Positions 28,336 through 38,589 are shown, counted from the first letter of the stretch. The stretch is DNA of 46,927 nt from Methanosarcinales archaeon (GCA_025464585.1 JAODGL010000092.1:1-46927); one strand, 5' to 3'. The notes: generated by a model not told the origin, from the letters alone. Translations and numbers: made by a program.

Positions 28336-28712
28336 ATGATTGTTAAGGAAGAGCTAATCAAGAACGTTGGAATAATGAATAGAAACTGGCTGGGAGTTGA
28401 CGACCGCGAAATCAAAGACAGATTCGATTTAGTCGTCTGTTCTCATTTCCTGTGGCAGGTGCACGACCTCGAAAAGCACTTGAAGAAGATGGAGAACGCT
28501 TCACGGAAATATTGTGCTGTGATTCAACCTGCGGGAAGGGACGGGATAGTGAAGGAGATGTGGACAAAAATAACAGGGGAAAAATATAGAGGCGAGTTTG
28601 ACCCTGACGCCGATTATTTCGCTTATCCAGTACTGCGACAGTGGGGAATGCTGGTAAATGTAAAAATAATGAATTACAGCATAGGACGGAACTTCGGGCA
28701 GGAGGTAAGAAC
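28336..28712 (+). pseudogene. Internal fragment of a class I SAM-dependent methyltransferase
   Basis: FDLVVCSHFLWQVHDLEKHLKKMENASRKYC resembles post-motif-II elements; no GxG motif I; the frame becomes non-protein-like after about 28712. Confidence 0.5.
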
Positions 28713-28714
28713 TG

Positions 28715-29044
28715 GTGATCGCATCGGCAGCTTTTGCACTTTTCATCTTGTGTCCGAGGATGGCTGGAATGACGAGTGTCATATCAAACGCAAGTCATGT
28801 GGATTTGGTCAAAGTGGTGGTATTTGGAACCCTCCTTGCGCTTCCGCTGATAATTGCTATGGCTCTTATTTTTCAGCGATATGGACTTGTTGTGGCGCTG
28901 GCGTTTTGTGTAATCACCGATTTTGCCGCAGCGCTCGCAATGCGTGAGATAAGCATGAAAGCGGGGATGGAAACGCTTATAATCGCTTTGTTTGTGATTA
29001 TGGGTGTTAAAGCTGCTTCGATGGTCTCGGGATGGGTGAGTTGA
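28715..29044 (+). CDS. Small hydrophobic membrane protein (possibly 5'-truncated)
   Basis: About 4 TM segments and a CPRMAGM motif; GTG start at the junction with the methyltransferase remnant. Confidence 0.55.
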   Translation: MIASAAFALFILCPRMAGMTSVISNASHVDLVKVVVFGTLLALPLIIAMALIFQRYGLVVALAFCVITDFAAALAMREISMKAGMETLIIALFVIMGVKAASMVSGWVS

Positions 29045-29073
29045 GAAATTAAACGCAAAATACCTTCAATCTA

Positions 29074-29382
29074 ATGCAATTATTATGTGCGGCGTTGAAG
29101 GTGAGGAGCGATCTTTTTCCTTTTGAGTTGTATTATATCAAGGTGTACGATCGTTATAAAGCGGTGAGGGCGGTTATTCGCAAATGTATGAAGGAATATC
29201 CCGCCGATGACTGGTATAAACAGGCGTTACGCAATTTAGAGCGAATATTGGCTTCTGTGATCAACGATGACGTGATAAAGAACCGGTTAAAAACGATTCT
29301 GCATTCGGGGCTAATTTGCCACACGATAAGCACATTGGCAAGCTTGCTTTTTTCCTGCTTGGCGTTTATCCTTTGTACGTAG
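29074..29382 (+). pseudogene. Unidentified gene fragment, possibly transposase-derived
   Basis: Protein-like middle part (FPFELYY..WYKQALRNLERIL) within a debris region; family not recognised. Confidence 0.25.
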
Positions 29383-29457
29383 CTCCGAGAAGCCCGTGGA
29401 ACAACGAGGAAGGATTTAACAGCGTCTTCTCAAAGAAATTCTGGAATAAACTGAAAT

Positions 29458-29826
29458 CTTAAATATTTGGATAGCGCCTTTCCACCGGAGATGAAACTCG
29501 TGATAACGCTCGAGAACCATTCAGCGCATACATCCAAAGAGACCAAGGAATTTATTAACGGCCCGAATCGCTTCTCTTTTGTATTCACGTCAAAACATGC
29601 ATCCTGGCTCAATATTATTGAGTGCCTTTTTAGCAAAATGGCAAGAAGTTTTCTTAGAGGCATACGAGTTGCATCAAAAAAGGAACTCAAAGAACGTATT
29701 CTCAAATATTTTGATGAGCTAAATCAAATGCCCGTGGTTTTCAAATGGAGATATAAAATGGACGAGATTCCTGGTGGGGTGGTGTCGAATGTTTATTGAT
29801 ATGATAAATAGGAAACGTTGCACTAG
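29458..29826 (+). mobile_element. IS630-family element, 3' fragment with right end
   Basis: LENHSAHTSKE, FVFTSKHASWLNIIECLFSKM and PVVFKW. Putative end GGAAACGTTGCACTAG terminates in TA(G). The catalytic-region D appears as E and the 5' portion is absent. Confidence 0.85.
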
Positions 29827-29851
29827 CATCACATTTCAAAGTTCCTGCCAC

Positions 29852-30811
29852 TCAAATCTTCATCCCTGCACCAGGTCTCCACACCAGCTCCCTTTCTCTC
29901 GTTCTTAGACCACTATAATCGCCTTCTAAACACTTCTTCGTCACGTTTATCAAATCTTCAGTGCCCGATTGGAGATAATCCCTCGCAACCTCATAAATAG
30001 CCTCCTCACTTTTAGTTATCGCACCAACATATTCCTCCAATGTTTTTCTATACGTACTCACGAATCCGCTCTTGAACTCCACTTTTCTCCCTGTTATCCT
30101 CTTTATTTCTTCCATAACTTCAGAATTAGGTGGTAAAAACAGTGGCACGCCTAACAATCCATACCATTCGGAATCGCGCTCATAATACTTCCGCAAGAAA
30201 GCATTGAGAGCAAATCTTTGCATTCTCCTTGCTAACATCTCCTCTTTCTCCTCGATATAAATAGGCGCCGTGAACTTCAGCGGAACTTTCTTTATTTTCC
30301 TCCTCACTGATGGTTCTTTCTTTTTTATTTGCTCCTTCGTTTTATCCACGAGCTCCGGGAACAAAGCTGAATATTCGGTCTTATGAACATGCGAATGCGT
30401 ATCTTCATGCACTGCTCTGGTGACCATAAATCGCGAAACCGTGAAGTTATACGCTTGATACTTACTTCCCATTATCCACAACACCTTTATCTTTGCCAGC
30501 TCATAATTCTCTATCAAAATGTAAGCCGTATCAGACCTTATCTCGAACTCTGAAAAATACATCTTCTTTAGATGGTTTTCGACTGTTGTTCGCCCTGCCT
30601 TGACCGCTTCATTCAACCTTTCCCCTATCCAGTTTCTTGCTCCTCTCATCCCAATTGCCTCCTCAAACTCTGGAATAAAACTTTCAATCTCCTTTAGCAG
30701 TGCTAAAAAGGAATTAACTGAGATACCATTCGCATAGTTAATGGAGTATAATGGTTCTTCGTATGCTTTTTCAAACATCGCCTTTGACTCTTCGGTTAAT
30801 CTTAACTCCAT
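29852..30811 (-). CDS. Hypothetical protein with HExxH motif (putative zinc metallopeptidase)
   Basis: AVHEDTHSH (30395-30409) and downstream EEMLA. Start set at MELRL; the upstream MQNAKCKI derives from an ATGCAAA repeat. Confidence 0.6.
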   Translation of the reverse strand: MELRLTEESKAMFEKAYEEPLYSINYANGISVNSFLALLKEIESFIPEFEEAIGMRGARNWIGERLNEAVKAGRTTVENHLKKMYFSEFEIRSDTAYILIENYELAKIKVLWIMGSKYQAYNFTVSRFMVTRAVHEDTHSHVHKTEYSALFPELVDKTKEQIKKKEPSVRRKIKKVPLKFTAPIYIEEKEEMLARRMQRFALNAFLRKYYERDSEWYGLLGVPLFLPPNSEVMEEIKRITGRKVEFKSGFVSTYRKTLEEYVGAITKSEEAIYEVARDYLQSGTEDLINVTKKCLEGDYSGLRTRERELVWRPGAGMKI

Positions 30812-30835
30812 GATTTTGCATTTTGCATTTTGCAA
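30812..30835. repeat. Tandem heptamer (ATTTTGC)x3
   Basis: GATTTTGCATTTTGCATTTTGCAA fills the sufS-HExxH gene spacer. Confidence 0.7.
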
Positions 30836-32065
30836 TTATCCCTTACCTATCTTCTCAACAACCTCCAAAAAACGCTCTACCTCCGCCTCTGTATTATACA
30901 AATACACCGAAGCCCTGACCGTTCCTTCTGCATCCAAGCCAAGATATTTCATCAATGGTATGCAGCAGTGATGCCCCGACCTCACAATTATACCTGCTTC
31001 GCGGTCCAACCTTATTGCAACATCATTGGAATTCATCCCCTGCACAGTGAAAGAGACCGTTCCTATCCTCCTACCCAACTCAAAGGCTTCACTGCCATAG
31101 CCATAAATTTCGATCTGGTCCATCTCCTGTAATCCTTCTATGAGCTGCTTGCCCAGTTTCTCCTCCCGTGCTTTTACCTTTTCCATCCCTATCTTCTCTA
31201 AATATTCCACCGCTGCACCGAGACCTAATGCCCCCGCTATATTTGGCGTGCCACATTCAAATCTCTCATACGTCCCTGTCAAACTATAATCAACAAACGA
31301 AGCATCTTCTACCGCACCTCCTCCAACCGTAAGTGGTTCAATTTCTTCCATAAGTTCCTCTTTGACTGCTAAGCCACCGGTTCCGGTAGGACCGAGCATT
31401 TTATGCCCTGAAAACGCAAGAAAATCACAGCCTAAATCGTTGACATCCACTGGCATGTGAGGTACTGACTGAGCGGCGTCAACAAGTAAAAGAGTGTTGT
31501 TCTCCCTGCACAGTCTCGATATTTCTCTTACCGGAAGCATTACACCAAGCGCATTGGAGACGTGCGTTATCGCTACTATTTTCGTCCTTTCATCTATTAC
31601 TTCTTCGAAATCCGATACTTCGAGCTCGCATCTGGTCTTATCCTTGCCTTCAATGGGTTTCACCACTTCCAATTCCACACCAAACTTGTTCTTTGCTCGT
31701 ATCCAGGGCAAAAGGTTGGAATGGTGTTCCCATAGACTAAATACGACTTTATCTCCTTTCTTCAGTCCAATTCCAGATGCTACTATATTTATCCCTTCTG
31801 TGGTATTCTTAGTGAAAATGATTTCTTGTGGCTTGGCTCCAATGAACTTTGCTACCTTCCTGTGTGCGTCCTCGTATTTCTGCGATGCTATCTGCGTTAA
31901 TCTATGCACGCCACGACCTACATTCGCATTGTAATTCCTGTAATATTCCTGAACTGCGTTCAAAACAGGCTCTGGCGTCAAACTCGTCGCTGCACTGTCC
32001 ATGTATATTATCCCGCTATCCAAAATCGGAAAATCTTTTCTTATCTCTTCGATACTGATGGTCAT
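30836..32065 (-). CDS. sufS: Cysteine desulfurase, SufS/CsdA type
   Basis: YMDSAATS, EHHSN, VDAAQS, FSGHKMLGPTG, GTPNIAG, RSGHHC and RASVYLYN. Confidence 0.9.
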   Translation of the reverse strand: MTISIEEIRKDFPILDSGIIYMDSAATSLTPEPVLNAVQEYYRNYNANVGRGVHRLTQIASQKYEDAHRKVAKFIGAKPQEIIFTKNTTEGINIVASGIGLKKGDKVVFSLWEHHSNLLPWIRAKNKFGVELEVVKPIEGKDKTRCELEVSDFEEVIDERTKIVAITHVSNALGVMLPVREISRLCRENNTLLLVDAAQSVPHMPVDVNDLGCDFLAFSGHKMLGPTGTGGLAVKEELMEEIEPLTVGGGAVEDASFVDYSLTGTYERFECGTPNIAGALGLGAAVEYLEKIGMEKVKAREEKLGKQLIEGLQEMDQIEIYGYGSEAFELGRRIGTVSFTVQGMNSNDVAIRLDREAGIIVRSGHHCCIPLMKYLGLDAEGTVRASVYLYNTEAEVERFLEVVEKIGKG

Positions 32066-32146
32066 TTAGCACTCAAAAATAGAAGTGCAACAAACCTATA
32101 AATCTATTACATACCCAAGTTCTCTTGTGAGACTCTGTGGTAAAAA

Positions 32147-32992
32147 ATGAAAAAAGACAGACATATCTTTGAAACCATGGGAAAAGCAAGAGTGGTGGTA
32201 GAAAACGGTAAAGTAGTTGAGGTAGGGAAACCTCTGCTCAAATATTGCCCGTTATGGGCTAAAATACGTGGAATAAGAGAGCTGAACGAAAAAGCGATAA
32301 AGAAGAATATAGAATTCAGGATACAAGATTTCGGGATGTGTACTGCGGATAGAGAAGTAGAATTAGAGGTCTTTGTTGGGTTTGGCGCTTCTGAGACGTT
32401 CATGACCGCACTTCGCCGAGGTTTGCTCGATGCCGCCGTAACGGTTTGTGAAGGTGCAGGCACTGTAATCACTTCCGACCCGAGATTGGTGCAGGGAATA
32501 GGAGCAAGGTTAAGTGGTGTAATTAAGACCACACCCGTTGAGGGAATAATAGAAAAAATTAAAGATAAGGGCGGGAAGATACTTGACCCGCCTGGGATAG
32601 ACCAGGTAGCGGGGTTGCGGTTAGCTCTTGAGCTGGGATACGAAAGAGTAGGGGTTACCGTGTGCGCACTGGCAGATGCTGAGCGATGTAGAGCTATCAG
32701 CAGAGAAGCAGTGATATTCGGTGTGCACCTAACAGGCATCTCCATGGAAGAGGCTGAGGAGTTCTGCGAATTCGCAGACCTTATTACTGCCTGTGCTTCG
32801 CCGCACATAAGAGAACTGGCAAAAGAAAAAGCTCTGTTACAGGCTGGCACCGCAATTCCGATTTTTGCTCTCACATCTGCGGGCAAGGAATTGCTTTTAG
32901 AACGTGCCAGAGAGGTCGGAGATACGTTGTTGTTGAATACCATGCGATTGCCGGTGCTCCCGGAAGAGAAGCAGCCGGAACCGCTGGTGTGA
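32147..32992 (+). CDS. Methanogenesis marker protein 8 (DUF2099)
   Basis: HIFETMG, YCPL, NIEFRIQDFGMCT, FVGFGASE, VCEGAGTV and GVHLTG. Confidence 0.85.
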   Translation: MKKDRHIFETMGKARVVVENGKVVEVGKPLLKYCPLWAKIRGIRELNEKAIKKNIEFRIQDFGMCTADREVELEVFVGFGASETFMTALRRGLLDAAVTVCEGAGTVITSDPRLVQGIGARLSGVIKTTPVEGIIEKIKDKGGKILDPPGIDQVAGLRLALELGYERVGVTVCALADAERCRAISREAVIFGVHLTGISMEEAEEFCEFADLITACASPHIRELAKEKALLQAGTAIPIFALTSAGKELLLERAREVGDTLLLNTMRLPVLPEEKQPEPLV

Positions 32993-33025
32993 CTTCTAAA
33001 CCGTAAGTGTTTAGCAGTAAAAATT

Positions 33026-33742
33026 TTATGCTTGGGATTTGGGATTTTCCCCCGATTCATAGACATACTCAGTAGGGTCTTCCACACCCGCTTCTTTGAA
33101 CCCCCTTCTTCTGTGTAAACAGGACTCGCAAATCCCACAATGCTTCTCGCCACCCAGATAACATGAATAAGTCAAATGCAATGGCGCTTCTACTTCAATC
33201 CCTTTTATTATTATGTCAGGCTTAAACAAATCCACTAAAGGCGCTTTTACTGTCGGTGTACGAGAAAAAGAAGCCACCGCTTTCTCCAGCACCGCATTAT
33301 ACCGCTCGACAAATTCCTTCTCGTTGTCGGGATACGCTCTCGCCTCTTCCGCATTGAACCCCACGAAAAGAGCATCTGCGGAGACGACTTCGGCATAAGC
33401 ACTTGCAGTGGCTAAAAGAACCAAATTCCGGCAGGGCACCCATGTAGATGGTGTCCCCCTTTGTTTATCCAAATTTACTTCTTTAGCTACGGGAACTTCT
33501 CTCGCGATGTCCGTCAGAGCTGACCCGCCAAGCTCCTTCAAGAACGGTATTTCTACGAACTTCAATTCTTTTGCATCTAAATAAGCTGCTATTTTATCTA
33601 CTGCTTCTTTCTCCCTCTTCTCCGCTCGCTGTCCGTAGGAAGCGTGAAATAAATGCAATTCGTAGCCTCCTTGCGATGCGATTGTCGCTGCGACCGTGGA
33701 GTCTATTCCGCCGGAGCATATACAAACTGCGATTTTGGTCAT
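33026..33742 (-). CDS. queC: 7-cyano-7-deazaguanine synthase
   Basis: SGGIDS, SYGQR, TWVPCRN, YPD and TYSCY..HCGICESC..R. Confidence 0.93.
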   Translation of the reverse strand: MTKIAVCICSGGIDSTVAATIASQGGYELHLFHASYGQRAEKREKEAVDKIAAYLDAKELKFVEIPFLKELGGSALTDIAREVPVAKEVNLDKQRGTPSTWVPCRNLVLLATASAYAEVVSADALFVGFNAEEARAYPDNEKEFVERYNAVLEKAVASFSRTPTVKAPLVDLFKPDIIIKGIEVEAPLHLTYSCYLGGEKHCGICESCLHRRRGFKEAGVEDPTEYVYESGENPKSQA

Positions 33743-33935
33743 TTTATTTAGTTTCTATTTCGATTTATGCGACTAAAAAAGTTGCTGCATGGCACCCAGA
33801 CACCCCTGCATTTCCGGTGGAAGTTGCATCCTTCGCTGACTTGTGCCTCCTTATTTCTATCTTTTCAAAAAGAAGCATCGCATTTCTTCTCGTTTGCTTT
33901 TTAACGCCTGAACATATATATAAATCCATCGCAAC

Positions 33936-35216
33936 ATGACTAAACTACAAATCCCCTACGGCTCCAAGCTGATAGATATAGACATAGAAGGTAAACTATT
34001 AGCCCTTGAGGACAATAGAAGCAAAGCTAATCCAAAAAATCAGGACATGATAATAAGACATGCCCTTCAAAACCCTATCGGCACAAAAAGATTGAGAGAA
34101 ATAGTAAACGCAAGAAAAAACGCTACAATAATAATTGTTGTTGATGACCATACACGAGAAGCACCTACTGAGAAGATACTCGATGCTTTAACCGAAGAAA
34201 TAGGAGAAGAGAAGAAAAACCAAATCACACTGCTCGTTGCTTGCGGCACTCACGCACCACCAGCAGAAGAAGAATTGAAGAGAATACTTGGTAAATACTT
34301 CGCCCACTACAACTTCGAGCTCCATGATTGTGACGCGACACAAGATTTGGTCTTCGTTGGTACGACAAATAGAGGAACGCACGTGATGCTAAATAGAAGG
34401 TACGTGGAAGCCGATATAAAAATTCTAACCGGCGATATAACTTTGCATTACTATGCCGGGTTTGGAGGCGGGAGGAAGAGCATCCTACCGGGAATATCCT
34501 CACGGGAAACGATAAAGATGAATCATGCACTTCTTGTGGATGAACGCGCGAGGACCACAAATATAGAGAATAACCCTGTTCATCTGGACATGTCTGAAGC
34601 CGCATCTTTTGCACCACCTGATTTCGTGATAAATACCGTCTCTGATGCCTCGGGCAATCTGGTGGATGCATACGCAGGTGAGATGAACGCCGTGTTTCTT
34701 AAGGGTGCTGAGGTTGCAAAGGGATTGTTTTCTCTTGAAACTGATTTGTTTGACATCCTGCTGGTAAGTGCCGGCGGTTTCCCAAAGGACAGAAATTTGT
34801 ATCAAGCTACGAAGGCGATAGACAATTGTTATCGTGCGGTAGTTCCGGGTGGTAAGCTGATATTGGTTGCTGAATGCCGGGAAGGAATTGGTGACCCTTA
34901 TTTCGAGGACTGGATGAACGAATATGCCACCTATGAAGAAGCAACATCTGCAATCAAAGCAAATTTTGTGCTTGGGGGGCATAAGGCGTTTTATGTAAGG
35001 AAAGCAATGACCCGAGTACACCTGTCTATTGTCTCTGAGCTCGATACTCACTTGCTGAATAAATGGGGAATAAATGCTTATAAGTCGGTTTGGGAAGCGT
35101 ATGAAGCAGAAGTGGAGGAGGAGTACAGGCACGTAACCGAAATGAAAAACAAAGTTAAAATAGGTATAGTTAAAAATGGTTTGGATACTTTATTAGTGCC
35201 TGTGACGATAAATTAG
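33936..35216 (+). CDS. larA: LarA-family nickel-pincer racemase/epimerase (DUF2088)
   Basis: ALQNPIG, DDHTR, ACGTH, HYYAGFGGGRKSILPG, GGFPKDRNLYQATK, AECREGIG and GGHKA. Confidence 0.85.
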   Translation: MTKLQIPYGSKLIDIDIEGKLLALEDNRSKANPKNQDMIIRHALQNPIGTKRLREIVNARKNATIIIVVDDHTREAPTEKILDALTEEIGEEKKNQITLLVACGTHAPPAEEELKRILGKYFAHYNFELHDCDATQDLVFVGTTNRGTHVMLNRRYVEADIKILTGDITLHYYAGFGGGRKSILPGISSRETIKMNHALLVDERARTTNIENNPVHLDMSEAASFAPPDFVINTVSDASGNLVDAYAGEMNAVFLKGAEVAKGLFSLETDLFDILLVSAGGFPKDRNLYQATKAIDNCYRAVVPGGKLILVAECREGIGDPYFEDWMNEYATYEEATSAIKANFVLGGHKAFYVRKAMTRVHLSIVSELDTHLLNKWGINAYKSVWEAYEAEVEEEYRHVTEMKNKVKIGIVKNGLDTLLVPVTIN

Positions 35217-35243
35217 ATAAGGAGGAACAAAGGAGAAGTAGCA

Positions 35244-35699
35244 ATGGCTGATCTCGCAAAACAGAAAAGGATAGCAGCAGAGGTGATGAAAGTCGGCAAG
35301 GGACGTGTGTGGATAGACCCTGAAGCTACTGAAGATGTTACGGGAGCGATAACAAGAGAGGATATTCGAGGCTTGGTAGAAGAAGGTATCATAAAAAAGA
35401 AGCAGAAGAAAGGTGTGAGCCGGGGAAGGGCGAGGGAAAGAGCGATCAAAAAGGCGCAGGGGCGCAGGAAGGGACAAGGTTCCAGAAAGGGTGCAAAAGG
35501 CGCGAGGAGAGGGAAGAAAAGGTTATGGATGACCAAGATCAGGGGCTTACGCAGACGATTAAAAGAGCTACGGGACATAGAGCATATTGACAGAACTACA
35601 TATCGAAAATTATATAATAAAGCGAAGGCAGGGGAAATCCGAAACATCGCGCATTTAAATGACTTAATAAAATCGAGTGGAGTAACGAAAGAGGGATAG
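35244..35699 (+). CDS. rpl19e: 50S ribosomal protein L19e
   Basis: QKRIAA, RVWIDP, AITREDIR and GSRKGAKGAR. Confidence 0.97.
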   Translation: MADLAKQKRIAAEVMKVGKGRVWIDPEATEDVTGAITREDIRGLVEEGIIKKKQKKGVSRGRARERAIKKAQGRRKGQGSRKGAKGARRGKKRLWMTKIRGLRRRLKELRDIEHIDRTTYRKLYNKAKAGEIRNIAHLNDLIKSSGVTKEG

Positions 35700-35702
35700 A
35701 AA

Positions 35703-36245
35703 ATGGCTAAAGGACCGACATATCATGTTCGCTTCAGAAGGAGGAGAGAAGGTAAGACCGACTATCGAAAGAGGCTAAAGCTATTGCTTAGCAGAAAGCC
35801 CAGGGTTGTAGTGAGAAAAAGCAATAAATACCTCAGAATACAACTTGTTTTGGCTGATAAGCTCGGAGATAAGACTGTTGTCTCTGTTATCTCTTCTGAA
35901 CTGAACAGATATAACTACACAGGAGGTGGGTGTAATACACCAGCAGCTTATTTGACCGGGTTGTTATTTGGCAAGCGCGCAAAAGAGGCGGGATTTCACG
36001 AAGCTATCCTCGATATTGGACTGCATACCCCAACCTATGGTTCTAAAGTGTACGCAGCTTTAAAAGGTGTCAGTGATTCCGGTATGGAAGTTGCACATGA
36101 CTCTTCTGTTTTTCCCTCTGATGAGCGCATAAACGGGAAACATATTGCTGATTTTTTACACACTTCTTCTATATTGGACAACTTCAAAGAAACAAGAGAA
36201 AAAATAATAACTGCGTATGAGGAGAAGAGAGTGGTGGGGTCATGA
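35703..36245 (+). CDS. rpl18: 50S ribosomal protein L18
   Basis: [23 protein letters not shown] and ILDIG. Confidence 0.97.
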   Translation: MAKGPTYHVRFRRRREGKTDYRKRLKLLLSRKPRVVVRKSNKYLRIQLVLADKLGDKTVVSVISSELNRYNYTGGGCNTPAAYLTGLLFGKRAKEAGFHEAILDIGLHTPTYGSKVYAALKGVSDSGMEVAHDSSVFPSDERINGKHIADFLHTSSILDNFKETREKIITAYEEKRVVGS

Positions 36246-36265
36246 GAAAAGAAGCGGAGAGAAAG

Positions 36266-36871
36266 ATGGCTGAGGAAGAGAATTGGATACCCATAACAAG
36301 ATTGGGTCTGCTGGTACAAAGTGGCGAAATAAAAAGTATAGAAGAAGCTCTTCGGTCAAGATACCCGTTAAAAGAATATCAAATTGTGGAATCCCTTCTA
36401 CCCGACCTTAGTGAGGAGGTTTTAGATATAAACATGGTGCAAAGGATGACCGATTCAGGCAGGAGAGTGAAGTTTAGAGTATGCGTAATCGTTGGTAATC
36501 GAGATGGATATCTTGGCATAGGGCTGGGTAAAGATGCTCTTGTCCGCAACAGCATTACGAAGGCAATAAGAGCTGCTGAATTGGATTTAACATATATTGA
36601 GAGAGGTTGCGGCTCATGGGAATGTGGATGTAACGAGAAACATTCTATTCCGTTCAAGGTGACGGGGAAATCGGGAGGTGTTGAAATAACATTGAAACCT
36701 GCTCCGAAGGGTTTGGGGCTCGCTGCTGGTGATATATCCAAAAAAGTACTGGAGTTCGCAGGTATCAAGGATATCTGGGCTAAAACGAAAGGAGCAACAC
36801 GAACAACATTTAATCTCGCACTGGCAACTTATGATGCGCTAAAAAAAACAGCTTCAATGAAAACTTTTTAG
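36266..36871 (+). CDS. rps5: 30S ribosomal protein S5
   Basis: [25 protein letters not shown] and PAPKGLGL. Start at 36266 or 36242. Confidence 0.96.
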   Translation: MAEEENWIPITRLGLLVQSGEIKSIEEALRSRYPLKEYQIVESLLPDLSEEVLDINMVQRMTDSGRRVKFRVCVIVGNRDGYLGIGLGKDALVRNSITKAIRAAELDLTYIERGCGSWECGCNEKHSIPFKVTGKSGGVEITLKPAPKGLGLAAGDISKKVLEFAGIKDIWAKTKGATRTTFNLALATYDALKKTASMKTF

Positions 36872-36881
36872 AAAAAGCGTT

Positions 36882-37349
36882 ATGGAAGCGATAATAAAGC
36901 TAAGGGGAAGCGTAGGAATAAGACCGGAGATAAAGCATACGTTAAGGCTTCTGCGTTTGCATAAGGTGAATCACTGCGCTATTGTGGAAGAGAATGATTA
37001 TTATAAGGGAATGATAAAGAAAGTGAAGGATTACATTGCCTGGGGAGAGATTTCCGAGGATATGCTTGAGCTTTTATTGAAAAATAGAGGTAGATTAGAA
37101 GGCGGTAAACGATTAGCCGAGCAGTATCTACGCGAGAATACTCCCTACGGGTCTTTCAAAGAACTTGCCCATGCTTTGTATGTAGGCGAAGTAGGGATGA
37201 AGGATTTGATGGAATACAAAATCAAACCTGTTTTCAGGCTGCATCCGCCAAGGAAAGGGCATAAGGGGATAAAAAGAAGTGTTAAGGAAGGTGGAGAACT
37301 CGGCTATCACGGCGATAAGATAAATGAGTTGTTGTATAAGATGCGGTGA
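36882..37349 (+). CDS. rpl30: 50S ribosomal protein L30 (archaeal uL30)
   Basis: LRG, LRLHKVN, KVKDYIAWGE and FRLHPPRKG. Confidence 0.96.
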   Translation: MEAIIKLRGSVGIRPEIKHTLRLLRLHKVNHCAIVEENDYYKGMIKKVKDYIAWGEISEDMLELLLKNRGRLEGGKRLAEQYLRENTPYGSFKELAHALYVGEVGMKDLMEYKIKPVFRLHPPRKGHKGIKRSVKEGGELGYHGDKINELLYKMR

Positions 37350-37353
37350 TACA

Positions 37354-37548
37354 ATGTTTTTGATAGGATTATTCTCCTCAAAAGCTATGGTAGCTGTGGG
37401 AATCTTATCAGGTTTAGCTATGGGGGCTTTAGGGTTGGTGCTAGACCCGTTTAAGGTTGATGAAGAAAAAAGCGTACGTATAGTAGAAGTAGGTGAAGGG
37501 AAGAAGGAGATTTGGGAAAGAGATTTGGGTGATAATAAAGGTAGATAA
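37354..37548 (+). CDS. Small hypothetical membrane protein (64 aa)
   Basis: GGTGA RBS overlapping the rpl30 stop; hydrophobic N-half and charged tail. Confidence 0.4.
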   Translation: MFLIGLFSSKAMVAVGILSGLAMGALGLVLDPFKVDEEKSVRIVEVGEGKKEIWERDLGDNKGR

Positions 37549-37599
37549 TGAGCTCATCATCCCTTGTCTCCGGTTCTTCTTCCCAAAAATCCAGCTCTT

Positions 37600-37821
37600 T
37601 TAATTCCTTGAAGAAATCTCCGCCATGCCGTATAATCTGAAAATATCCAGAGCCACAAAAATATGGTCTATCCCCTTCCCTGGGTCTTCCTCAAAATGCT
37701 CGATTATCTCTTTCATTTGCTCACGTTCGCCCAGTGGAGCATAATAGTGGAGCAGGTAATAGTCATAATACGGATAATTTACTTTCTTCTTTTTCTTTTT
37801 CCCCTTCTTCTTTTTACTCAT
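37600..37821 (-). CDS. Small hypothetical protein with poly-Lys N-terminus (possibly frameshifted)
   Basis: ORF with protein-like composition; another frame continues DFFKELKELDFWEEEPETRDDELII past the stop. Confidence 0.4.
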   Translation of the reverse strand: MSKKKKGKKKKKKVNYPYYDYYLLHYYAPLGEREQMKEIIEHFEEDPGKGIDHIFVALDIFRLYGMAEISSRN

Positions 37822-37889
37822 ACTTTAGTCAAAGAAACTGTTATTTTTAGTAAAGGTTTTTGCGTAGCAAAAAAGTTTATCTAAAAACG

Positions 37890-38573
37890 ATGCTCATGAA
37901 AGAAAAACCATGGAAAAATTGGGAACACATAACTAAGCTCGATCCGGACAAACATATCTCGAAAGACAATTTAAAAACCATCGTGGAAAGCGGAACAGAC
38001 GCAATAATGATCTCTGGCACACAAAACATCACTGGCAAGAACGTATCCCTGCTAATATCCATGCTGAAAGATTATGAAATACCAAAAATATTAGAGCCTG
38101 CAACTCCTGAAGCCGTCATGTATGAGCACATAGATTATATTTTTGTGCCTCTTGTTCTCAATTCCACAGATTTAGATTGGATTGTAGGCAAGCATAAGGA
38201 TTGGATAATGAACCAAACAATAGACTGGAAGAAGGTCATACCCGAGGCATATATAGTCCTGAATCCATTATCCGCAGTAGCTAAACTGACCAAATCAAAG
38301 ACCGACTTAACCTCAGATGAGGTCATCGCGTACGCGCTATACGCGGAGAAATATCTCCATCTCCCCATCATCTACATAGAATATAGTGGGACCTACGGCG
38401 ATCCTCAATTGGTAAAGCAACTGAGTGAATCACTAAGTGAAGCATCTCTGTTCTACGGTGGTGGGATAGACACAAAGGAGAAAGCAGCAGAGATGAAGAG
38501 ATATGTTGATGTTATCGTAGTTGGAAATGTAGTGTACACCAACATGGAAAAGTTTCTGAGAACCATTCCTTAA
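37890..38573 (+). CDS. Geranylgeranylglyceryl phosphate synthase, group I (PcrB-like)
   Basis: WEHITKLDPDK, SGTDAIMISGT, EAYIVLNP, YIEYSG, FYGGGI and VVGN. Confidence 0.92.
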   Translation: MLMKEKPWKNWEHITKLDPDKHISKDNLKTIVESGTDAIMISGTQNITGKNVSLLISMLKDYEIPKILEPATPEAVMYEHIDYIFVPLVLNSTDLDWIVGKHKDWIMNQTIDWKKVIPEAYIVLNPLSAVAKLTKSKTDLTSDEVIAYALYAEKYLHLPIIYIEYSGTYGDPQLVKQLSESLSEASLFYGGGIDTKEKAAEMKRYVDVIVVGNVVYTNMEKFLRTIP

Positions 38574-38589
38574 TGTTCATATTTTTTTC

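Noticed and set aside
32107..33153. 348-aa minus-strand ORF
   Set aside because: Antisense shadow of marker protein 8, Ser/Thr-rich with no motifs. The same applies to the many other antisense ORFs in the track (e.g. 4611-5408, 10146-10850, 24095-24682, 34500-35132).
33743..33780. preQ1-I riboswitch-like words (GUCGCA...AAACUAA) just upstream of queC
   Set aside because: The required P1 stem does not form convincingly and the class is bacterial. An Infernal search with the Rfam preQ1 models would settle it.
33764..33877. 37-codon minus-strand ORF upstream of queC (MLLFEKIEIRRHKS...)
   Set aside because: Short, with no recognisable motif or RBS; cannot be distinguished from chance.
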